Shown piece after piece: positions 11,825 through 20,443 of a DNA stretch of 64,000 bases; position 1 is the first letter of the stretch; every line of letters starts with the position of its first letter. The notes beneath the pieces were generated by a model. That model did no database searches and was not told the DNA's origin. It saw nothing but the letters and a program-made list of their open reading frames with translations. The translations under genes and the position numbers were made by a program. The stretch is from Anolis carolinensis (Eukaryota), in contig NC_085845.1 of assembly GCF_035594765.1 (NCBI RefSeq), forward strand, positions 152,350,897 to 152,414,896, in the 5' to 3' direction.

Positions 11825-14800
11825 CTATCCCCCTCCTCAAGGCCCCTCCCAAACTGGGGCCCTCTCCCCGAGGCGCGAGGTCGCGGCTTGGCGGGATAGG
11901 TCTGATGAAAGCGACGGGTTAGATCAGGAGCATGGACTGTGGAGGCGTCTTCCCAAGAGCGTTCCTCAGGGCCAAAACCCACCCAGTCAATGAGATATTG
12001 TAGGCGGCGGCGGTGAAAGCGAGAATCCAAAATGTCCTCAACCTCGAACTCCTCCTCCCCATTCATCAAAACAGGAGGGGGGGCCGGTTGGTCTGTATCA
12101 GGACGCACACCATCCGCCGGAAGGAGCAGGGAACGGTGAAACACTGGGTGGATGCGCATTGAACGCGGAAGTTGGAGTTTGAAAGTCACGGGGTTTAATT
12201 GCGCCACCACTGGATAGGGGCCAATGAAACGGGCATCTAACTTCCGGCAAGGGCGGTGGGAGGGCAGAAAGCGAGTGGACAGAAAAACCCGATCTCCTAC
12301 CTTGATTTCGGGGCCCGGCTGGCGATGTTTGTCAGCGTGGCGTTTATAGTCCTCCTTGGCTTGGTCTAGTTGCTGGAGCAAAAGTTGTTGTACCGCTGTG
12401 AGTTCCTGCAGCCAATCCTCTGCTGCGGGAACTTCTGAAGTTTCAATGACAGGGGGAAAGAAACGTGGATGGAAGCCGTAGTTTGCAAAGAACGGCGTTT
12501 CTTTTGTAGAAGCTTGAACTCCATTGTTATAGGCAAACTCTGACAGTGGTAACAGAGAAGCCCAATTGTCCTGTTGGTAGTTTACATAACAGCGAAGATA
12601 CTGCTCCAAAGTGGCATTGGTGCGCTCCGTTTGCCCATCTGTTTGGGGATGATGAGCTGAAGATAAGCGAGAGTCTATGCCCAATAGTTTTTGTAGTGCC
12701 TTCCAAAAACGAGAGGTGAATTGAGATCCACGGTCTGTGACTAAACTCTTGGGCAATCCATGTAGTCTGAAAACATGTTGAAGGAATAGATCTGCAGTCT
12801 CTTTGGCCGTGGGAAGACCTTCACAGGGAATGAAATGGGCTAACTTGGTGAAAAGGTCCACCACCACTAGAATCGTGGTGAATCCACAGGAAGGTGGTAG
12901 GTCAGTGATGAAATCCGCAGAAATTATTTCCCATGGCCGAGATGGGGTAGGAAGGGGATGCAGAAGCCCTGAGGGCTTCTCCCTTCTTATCTTGGAGCGC
13001 TGGCATACTGGGCAGGTGTTGACATATTTTTCCACATCTTTGCGGATCTTGGGCCACCAAAAATCCCTTAGGATCAGATGCATGGTTTTAAATAGTCCGA
13101 AATGCCCTGCTGGTTTGCAGTCATGACACAGACGAAGCGCTTTCTCCCTGCCCGGTCCGGGTGGGATATAAACATGATTTCTATAGCATAGCAGTCCATC
13201 TTTAAGCGAAAAGGGAAAATGCAGACCTTGACGAAGTTGGTCCTGCGCCCAGGCATCTGCTTGCTGACTAGCCCTGATTTCTTGAGCACAGATGGGTCCT
13301 GGAGCAGAGGAAGTTGAACCAATGGGAGTGGATTTGATGTTCCCCACTGTGAGCGTGGCAAAGTTCTCGGGTTGTAGTAATTGGGATTCAAAGGTCTCCT
13401 TGCGTCCTGCAGCGTATTCCGGTTTACGTGACAGGGCGTCTGCTTGCTTGGTTTGGGCTGGGGTCACATAATGAATCTGGAAGTTAAAACGTTCAAAGAA
13501 CAAAGCCCAACGTTGCTGCCTCTGATTTAGTTTGCGGGCAGTTCTTAGATGTTCTAGATTTCGATGATCAGTGTGGACTTCAATGGGAAATTTGGCCCCT
13601 TCTAGCCAATGTCTCCAAGTTTCAAAGGCTGCCTTTATGGCCAGTAGTTCCTTTTCCCAAATGGTGTAATTTCTCTCTGGTGTGGTTAGTTGACGGGAGT
13701 AAAAGGCACAGGGATGAAGGTGGTCTCCCACCGGTTGTAAGAGTACAGCCCCAATTGCCACATCAGAGGCGTCCGCTTGCACAACAAAAGGGGTTCCAGG
13801 ATCTGGGTGCTGTAGAATTGGCTGGGACGTGAATAATTTCTTTAGTTGCTGGAACCCTTTCTCTGCTTGATCAGTCCAGCGGAAGGGCTGTTTTCCACGG
13901 ATGCAGCTAGTGATTGGGTCAGACCAGCGGGCAAAATCTGGAATGAACTTGCGGTAATAGTTCGCGAACCCCAAGAAACGCTGCACCTCTTTCTTGTTAG
14001 TTGGCGCCCGCCATTCCAATACTGCTGAAACCTTGGCTGGATCCATGGAGAGCCCTAGAGGCGAGATACGGTAACCAAGGAAATCTACCTCTTGTAGATC
14101 AAAAGCGCATTTTTCCAACTTGGCATAAAGTCCATGATCCCGCAATCGTTGTAACACCATTTTGACGTGGTTCTCATGTTCTGATTGTGATCTAGAAAAC
14201 ACCAAAAAATCGTCCAGGTAGATTATCAAGAACCTATCTAGATAGTCCTGAAAAATGTCATTGACAAAATGCTGGAACGTTGCGGGAGCTCCGCATAATC
14301 CATAATTCATAACTCGGGACTCGAATAATCCGAATTTGGTCTGGAAGGCGGTCTTCCACTCGTCCCCTTCTCTGATGCGAACTAAGTTGTAAGCCCCCCG
14401 AAGATCCAGCTTGGTGTAAACCTTGGCTCCTCGAAGCCGATCCAGTAGATCCGAGATTAAGGGCAGGGGATAGCTGTTCCGCTTGGTGATATTGTTCAAT
14501 GCTCTGTAGTCCACCACCAAGCGTAGTTCCCCTGACTTCTTCTTCACAAACATCACTGGGGAGGCGGCTGGGGATTGAGAGGGTCTAATGAATCCCTTAC
14601 GAAGGTTTGTCTCTATGAATTCCCTGAGAGCTTCTTGCTCTGGTTCAGTCAGGGAGTATAGGTGCCCTCGCGGGATCGGGGCCCCCTCCACCAGGTCAAT
14701 GGCACAGTCATAAGGTCTATGTGGGGGTAATTTCTCGGCTTCTTTTTCATTGAATACATCCCAATACTCGGAGTACTTCTTGGGCAGGGTGATGATGGGC

Positions 14801-15315
14801 TCGGTGTCTGTGGCATGGCAGACCTTGGCTACAAGGCAATGGTTTTGGCAGTACTGTGAAGCAAACTGCAGTTCTCTGTTGGACCAGGAGATGCTTGGGT
14901 CGTGGAGAGTCAGCCATGGAATTCCCAAAATCACAGGGAAATGGGGAACCTCGTTAACAAAGAAGGAAATCTCTTCCATATGTTCCCTTATCCACATCCT
15001 GGTGGGTTCCGACCACTGACTTACGGGGCCCGTCTTGAGGGGGCGGCCGTCTATGGCTTGCACCACACGGGCATTCTTGAAATCATGATATTGTAATCCC
15101 AGAGAGTTGGCATACTCTCTATCAATGAAATTGTTGGTGGCTCCGGAGTCTATCATGGCGTGGATCATGACGGGTCCCCTTTTTGCTGACCATAAGGTGA
15201 CCATGAGAAGGAACAGGACCCCGGTTGGCGGCTCTTGAACGGGTTTTTTGACCGGGTTGGCGAGCCTCTCTACGCCCGGTCGTTGGCTTCCCCCGCCGGC
15301 TGTGTGCCAGCCGGC
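11530..15315 (-). CDS. pol: Retrotransposon Pol (protease, RT, RNase H, integrase, chromodomain), in the -1 frame relative to gag; frame opens at 15315, first ATG 15204
   Basis: IDSGA protease; YLDD RT; DAS..E..D RNase H; HHCC zinc finger and D,D,E integrase; GPY; chromodomain EFEVEDILDSR...YLIDWVGFGPEERSWE; no internal stops. Confidence 0.96.
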   Translation of the reverse strand, partial: AGWHTAGGGSQRPGVERLANPVKKPVQEPPTGVLFLLMVTLWSAKRGPVMIHAMIDSGATNNFIDREYANSLGLQYHDFKNARVVQAIDGRPLKTGPVSQWSEPTRMWIREHMEEISFFVNEVPHFPVILGIPWLTLHDPSISWSNRELQFASQYCQNHCLVAKVCHATDTEPIITLPKKYSEYWDVFNEKEAEKLPPHRPYDCAIDLVEGAPIPRGHLYSLTEPEQEALREFIETNLRKGFIRPSQSPAASPVMFVKKKSGELRLVVDYRALNNITKRNSYPLPLISDLLDRLRGAKVYTKLDLRGAYNLVRIREGDEWKTAFQTKFGLFESRVMNYGLCGAPATFQHFVNDIFQDYLDRFLIIYLDDFLVFSRSQSEHENHVKMVLQRLRDHGLYAKLEKCAFDLQEVDFLGYRISPLGLSMDPAKVSAVLEWRAPTNKKEVQRFLGFANYYRKFIPDFARWSDPITSCIRGKQPFRWTDQAEKGFQQLKKLFTSQPILQHPDPGTPFVVQADASDVAIGAVLLQPVGDHLHPCAFYSRQLTTPERNYTIWEKELLAIKAAFETWRHWLEGAKFPIEVHTDHRNLEHLRTARKLNQRQQRWALFFERFNFQIHYVTPAQTKQADALSRKPEYAAGRKETFESQLLQPENFATLTVGNIKSTPIGSTSSAPGPICAQEIRASQQADAWAQDQLRQGLHFPFSLKDGLLCYRNHVYIPPGPGREKALRLCHDCKPAGHFGLFKTMHLILRDFWWPKIRKDVEKYVNTCPVCQRSKIRREKPSGLLHPLPTPSRPWEIISADFITDLPPSCGFTTILVVVDLFTKLAHFIPCEGLPTAKETADLFLQHVFRLHGLPKSLVTDRGSQFTSRFWKALQKLLGIDSRLSSAHHPQTDGQTERTNATLEQYLRCYVNYQQDNWASLLPLSEFAYNNGVQASTKETPFFANYGFHPRFFPPVIETSEVPAAEDWLQELTAVQQLLLQQLDQAKEDYKRHADKHRQPGPEIKVGDRVFLSTRFLPSHRPCRKLDARFIGPYPVVAQLNPVTFKLQLPRSMRIHPVFHRSLLLPADGVRPDTDQPAPPPVLMNGEEEFEVEDILDSRFHRRRLQYLIDWVGFGPEERSWEDASTVHAPDLTRRFHQTYPAKPRPRASGRGPQFGRGLEEGDSVMTHGPCSPAQDIVIPDEEENLGFLPSQSELESSQPDLSQADLGTLHLQESCVPEVCQTNPEPTSPVFLRREFCKQQRGLEAASRRSARIAAKNVAN
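11825..11838 (-). other. Polypurine tract
   Basis: Minus strand reads GAGGAGGGGGATAG immediately before the 3' LTR. Confidence 0.85.
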
Positions 15316-16262
15316 TCAGACGCCTTCGTCTCCGTGGAGGACGCCGCCGCAAGACGGGCGGCGGCCTTCCCTTTGGCTGGGCACTCTCTGGCGAAGTGGC
15401 CCCCGTTCCCGCAGTACCAACAGAGGTTTAAGCGTTGACGACGGGCCTTCTCGGCGGCATCTAATCTGGGACGCACGTTGCCCAACTGCATCGGCACCTC
15501 CTCGCTTCCTCTGGGGTATGGGGTTGGTGGTGGGGGTCTCCACACTGGACGTGGCTGAACGCTGGCGGGAGCGGGGGGTTTTGCCCCAGCTCTACCGCTC
15601 TGGCCTCGAACCCATTGTTTCCTGTTGGCAATCATGACTTCAGCCCGTAAACATTGATCAATGAGTGCTTCGAGGGTCTGGGGAGGATCCACCTTGGAGA
15701 TTTCCTCCAGCATTTCGATGTTGAGACCCTCCCGGAATTGTCCTCTGAGGGCTACATCATTCCAGCCGGTGTTGTGGGCCAGCACTCGGAACTCGGCTAT
15801 GTACTGAGACATAGGTCTGTCTCCTTGGAAGAGGCGACGGAGTTTGTGACCGGCTGCCTCCAAATTGTCCTCGATTCCCCAAGTCTCTTTAAGGTGGTCC
15901 AAGAAGCGTTGCGCGGATCTTAGGTGTGGAGAGGCTTGGTCGAACAGTGCCGTCGCCCAGTTGGCCGCTGGCCCGTCTAGAAGACTGTAAACCCATGCCA
16001 CCTTGATGTCTTCTTGGGGAAATTCGGCAGCACGGGCCTCTAGATAAGCTTGGCATTGGCGACGGAAAACATGAACCTTAGAAGCTTCTCCAGTAAACTT
16101 GGTTGGCAACGCCATGGCCGGTAGACGGATTCCGCGTTCCTTCAAACCTTTTATTTCTCCATCCTGGGCATTGAGCTTATCACGGATTCGATCCACCTCA
16201 TCCTTGTCGATGGTGTAGGTAATCGGCTGGCCGCTCGGCCCAGGTACGGTTCCGGTAGACAT
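15270..16262 (-). CDS. gag: Retrotransposon Gag (330 aa)
   Basis: Capsid-like region (LFQGDRPMSQYIAEFR), EVPMQLG motif, CCHC knuckle CWYCGNGGHFAREC. Confidence 0.95.
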   Translation of the reverse strand: MSTGTVPGPSGQPITYTIDKDEVDRIRDKLNAQDGEIKGLKERGIRLPAMALPTKFTGEASKVHVFRRQCQAYLEARAAEFPQEDIKVAWVYSLLDGPAANWATALFDQASPHLRSAQRFLDHLKETWGIEDNLEAAGHKLRRLFQGDRPMSQYIAEFRVLAHNTGWNDVALRGQFREGLNIEMLEEISKVDPPQTLEALIDQCLRAEVMIANRKQWVRGQSGRAGAKPPAPASVQPRPVWRPPPPTPYPRGSEEVPMQLGNVRPRLDAAEKARRQRLNLCWYCGNGGHFARECPAKGKAAARLAAASSTETKASEPAGTQPAGEANDRA

Positions 16263-16292
16263 TCTGGCCGAGGTTAATTGGTGCTTAGGGTG

Positions 16293-16302
16293 GCGGAGTC
16301 AA
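16293..16302 (-). other. Self-priming primer-binding site (TTGACTCCGC)
   Basis: 2 nt inside the 5' LTR edge; no TGG; perfectly complementary to 16838-16847, about 30 nt downstream of the TATA box. Confidence 0.8.
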
Positions 16303-16304
16303 AC

Positions 16305-17276
16305 TGTCACGACCCAGGCTACAGAGCACCAATAACCATACGCAGAGGCCAGATTCTATCTAATATCTTTATTAAGGAAATATATAAGATTAATAAAAAT
16401 AAATGTAAAAGTTAGTTCAGAAGCAGACCTTTCAGGAAAGGTCAAAATTAGTCCAAAAAAGCAATGTCCAATATGAAATATTATGTTCCAAAGTTGTAAT
16501 CCAATAACCGAAACACTCACTTTGCCAGGCAAAGTGAGGGGAGATGACAAGGTCCTTTAGTCCATAAACTTGAGCAAGGCTAGGAAATAACTTGATACTT
16601 GAAGCAAGGCTTAAAACGTGAAACAAGGTAACAAGGAACAAGAACAAGGTCCGTGGAATAACTTGGTAAAATCCGTGATACAAGGCAAGGTATAGTCCTG
16701 GAAAACAAGCAAGGTCCGTAGGTAAACAAAGGCTGGAAACTGGAGCGAAGGCTGGAAAGCAGGGCAAGGCTTGAGCAGGAACGAGGCTTGAAACGGAGCG
16801 CGCTGTCCAGACACAACTCGCTCCGGAGGCTGACGAATTGACTCCGCGAAGTTACTACGCGGGTAAAACACCTATATAGAGTCTAACTTTCTCGCCGAAG
16901 CAGTTCTCTGGGAACCAGAAACGAAAGCTAAACTCTGGGACCAGATGTTTGACTCCCTAAAGATTCTCACGGAAAGCAGTCTTAATTGGCTACATTCTTA
17001 GCTGCAATTCTAGCACTCCTGCGCGAAGCTGCTTCCAAACCCCTCTGTTGTTTACAAAACTCACGGCGCAAGAACACGGGAGATGTGGGCTCTGGGTTTG
17101 TTTGACATACTTCTGGGACACAACTTTCTTGCAGGTGCAAGGTTCCCAGATCTGCCTGGGAAAGATCTGGCTGAGAAGATTCCAGTTCTGACTGGGAAGG
17201 TAAAAAACCCAAGTTTTCTTCTTCATCAGGGATTACAATGTCCTGAGCAGGACTACAAGGCCCATGGGTCATCACA
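16305..17276 (-). repeat. 5' LTR (972 bp)
   Basis: Direct repeat of 10853-11824 at offset 5452; TATATA at 16873-16878; ORF-track peptides from both LTRs are identical. Confidence 0.97.
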
Positions 17277-17869
17277 TGGTGTTCCTCCTGGGCTGACCTG
17301 GCTTGGCTTCCAAGATGAGATAGGATCTAGTGCCTTTGGGATATTTAGGCTGAATACTCTTTGTAAGGATGGGGTGGAGGGAATTAAACCTGTAAGAATA
17401 GGAATGGAATACTTTGAAATAAGAAAAAGCTAACATGAAACGGTTTATTTATTTATTTATGCCCTTCCTTTGTTATTAAAAAAGTCTAAAGCAATTTGCT
17501 GTAAACACATTTTTTCCCCCCAGTGTACAATGTTTGTTAATGGATAATTTAGTGTTGATAATTAATTTTGTGAACCTTCATTATGTATTTTGGAGAGAAA
17601 TAAAAAATAAATATTTCCAAGAGTTTAATAGAGAAACATTTTAAGACTGCTCAGGAACAGGTCTAGACTTTTTTAAGCAGGGCTGTAGACCTGCCAGCCC
17701 AGTCATACTGCCCTAACTACATTTCCTTGTAGTGTTGTAGTTCAGTGTGACTGAGTCTTGCTTCAAATAGTGGCCAGTTCTTTGTCATCTAGTTAGCCCT
17801 ATCCAATTTTGACAGTAGTGCCTGTCTGTGATTTTTTTCTGTGTACTACAAACAACATACATTATTTTG

Positions 17870-18097
17870 TAATCATAGAACTATATTGTTGGAAGAGATC
17901 CCAAGGGCCATCGAGCCCAACTGCCTGACATTCTGGAACACCCAGTTCAAGCATTTCCATCAGATAGCCATAGCCTCTGTTTGAAAACCCTGCAGAGAAG
18001 GACAATCAATCACACTCAAAGGCAGCATATTCAACGCTCAAATAACTATCAGAAATGTTTTTCAAAAAATTTAGGTGGAATCACTTTCTCTTGAACT
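17870..18097 (-). mobile_element. Degenerate CR1 3' end
   Basis: aatcatagaa tail plus the reverse complement of the CR1 3' UTR/ORF end (compare 60180-60387). Confidence 0.55.
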
Positions 18098-19570
18098 GTT
18101 TGGGCCACGCCTATCTTCGCGATCGCATCTCCTTCTATATCCCAGCACGGACCCTTAGATCTTCCGGGGAGGCCCTCCTTTCACTCCCACCACCGTCCCA
18201 GGTACGGTTGATCGGGACGAAGGAGAGGGCCTTCCCTGTGGTGGCCCCGTGCCTCTGGAATACCCTCCCCAAAGAGATAAGGCAAGCCCCATCAGTAGCA
18301 TCCTTCCGCAGGGCTCTGAAAACCTGGTGGTTTCAGCAGGCTTTTGGAAATGACTAACCTGAAACCCTAGACCAGGGTCCTCAAACTTTTGAAGCAGAGG
18401 GCCGGTCCACAATGCTTCAGACTGTTGAGGGGCCGAATTATCATTTGAAAAAAAAAATACAAAAAAATTCCTATGCATACTGCACATGTCTTATTTGTAG
18501 TGCAACAACAACAACAACAACAACAACAAAAGAACAATACAATATTTAAAAATGAAAACAATTTTAACCAACATAAACCTTTCAGGATTTCAATGGAAAG
18601 TGTGGGCCTGCTACTGTTCCTGGCCCTCTTCCCTCCCAGCCGGGCCCACAATGCCACCTCAAGGCAAAAACGTTTAGATAGTCAAGTTAATTAGGATTGT
18701 TGTTGTTGTGTGCCTTCAAGTCATTTCAGACTTTGGCCAAGCCTAAGTCTAAAATTAATTATTTATTTACTGCATTTATGTACTACATTTATATCCCACC
18801 CTTCTCACCTAGAAGGGGACTCAGAGCAGCTGTATGTACAATATATTATATTATTAGCATAGCACAATATTAGCATTATATATATTACTATATTGAACTA
18901 TACCACTATACTATTATATAATATGTAACATATAACATATAATTAATATTGTTATATGGTATTATTATTAGTATTATATTGTATAACATAATATTGTTAT
19001 CAATATTATATGTATATACAATATATTATATTATTAAAACTGATATAAAATATTATATTATAAAATTGAGGGCGGGGGCCAGGTAAATGACCTTGGAGGG
19101 CCACATCCAGCCCCCGGGCCTTAGTTTGGGGACCCCTGCCCTAGACGCTGCATGGCCACCATACAGTCCCTGTTCTGCGCTTTACCCACTTCCTTTGATT
19201 TTGTTTGTGGGTGCTAGTTTAACTAGTTTAACCCTTGTTAGCTACTCAGCAGGTCTGAAGTGATGTAATCCTGGCCTATGCTCCCTGCTATCCATTCACA
19301 CTTCGCCCCTGGCTTCATGTTATTTTTACTGTTTGGCCCTTACCCTAGCTCTTAGAGCTATCTTGTTCTATTGGGAATTAAGCCCATTGGTTGTTAAATC
19401 ACCCAAAGGAGTAATCTGAAACCGTTTTTATACTTAAAGAACACATTTTAAATTTTTTATTAAACTTAAGCTGTTGTTTTATTATTGGACTGTTGTATGA
19501 TATATGTTGGTATTGAATGTTTACCATGTGCACTGAGTCCCCATGGGAGATAGAGCAGTATATAAATATA
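18098..19570 (+). mobile_element. L2 LINE 3' end interrupted by a hAT element
   Basis: LGHAYLRDRIS..RTLRSSGEALL...RAFPVVAPCLWNTLP (ORF 18055-18357); terminal GAGTCCCCATGGGA stem near 19535. Confidence 0.75.
18373..19138 (+). mobile_element. Non-autonomous hAT (Charlie group, OposCharlie1-like) element
   Basis: TIRs CAGGGTCCTCAAACT / AGTTTGGGGACCCCTG; perfect 8-bp TSD CCCTAGAC; family name from recollection. Confidence 0.85.
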
Positions 19571-19850
19571 AATGTTGTTTTTGTTGTTTTGTTGTTGTTG
19601 TTGTTGTTTTTCTGTAGTTTAAATCTATTTTCGCCATTATTCCATCATTTCCTGACTTCATATTCTCTATATGTGTTGGATTACAGCTCCTATAATCCTC
19701 AGGTAGATAACACATTTGGAGGGCACCATGATGGGAAAGGCTACACTGTGCTTTCAAAGGTTTTTCACAGTTTTGCTAGCATCCCTGAGACAGAATGATA
19801 TCAAAAAAAGCCAGTTATGAAAAGGCTCAATTTCAAAAATGTTCTTGCAT

Positions 19851-20159
19851 GGGCTGTGGTGACGCAGCAGGTTAAACCGCTAAGCTGCAGAACTTGCTGA
19901 CCGAAAGGTTGGCGGTTCGAAATCTGCGGAGCGTGGTGAGCTCCCATTCTGCCAACCTAGCAGTTTGAAAACATACAAATGTGAGTAGATCAGTAGGTAC
20001 CGCTTCATCAGGAAGGTTACAGTGCTCCATGCAGTCATGCCAGGCACATGACCTCGGAGGCGTGTACGAACAATGCTGGCTCTTCGGCTTAGAAATGGAG
20101 ATGAGCACCATCCCCTAGAGTCAGGCTTGACTAGACTTTAATGTCAAACCTTTACCTGT
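19851..20159 (+). mobile_element. Sauria SINE
   Basis: tRNA-like head with GGTTCGAAATC B-box; conserved body; ACCTTTACCT tail. Confidence 0.85.
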
Positions 20160-20290
20160 ATGGGTTCAATTGAACACAGTTTGGTCAATATGTCTTACTA
20201 CTAAAAGGGAAGTCTTAACAGAACTACTGGTTAGCATCTGTTAGTGTTGGACACAATCTTGAAGAACAAGAAAATATTTCTGAAATTTTT

Positions 20291-20443
20291 ATTGTCGAAG
20301 GTTTTCACGGCCGGAATCACTGGGTTGTTGTATGGTTTCAGGGCTGTATAGCCATGTTCTGAAGATACCAGCTACAGATGCAGGCAAAATGTCAGAAAAA
20401 AATGCTGCTAGGGCACAGCTATACAGCCCGGAAACCACACAAC
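20291..20443. mobile_element. Penelope-derived inverted-repeat fragment
   Basis: gggctgtatagc ... gctatacagccc inverted arms; motif shared with 55539-55897. Confidence 0.6.

Larger units (their letters stand above)
10853..17276 (-). mobile_element. Full-length Ty3/Gypsy chromovirus LTR retrotransposon (Tf1/sushi group)
   Basis: Two 972-bp TG...CA LTRs; 5-bp TSD TGGTG (10848-10852, 17277-17281); gag then pol in PR-RT-RH-IN-chromodomain order; PPT next to the 3' LTR. Confidence 0.98.

Noticed and set aside
16982-17275. 97-aa ORF in the 5' LTR as an independent gene
   Set aside because: It is the duplicate of the Pol tail and lies upstream of the TATA box, so it is not on the element transcript from this LTR
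17282-17350. LTR element sits beside a minus-strand 5S-like SINE remnant, suggesting Pol III-directed targeting
   Set aside because: The remnant is very degenerate and such SINEs are common here; one insertion cannot support targeting
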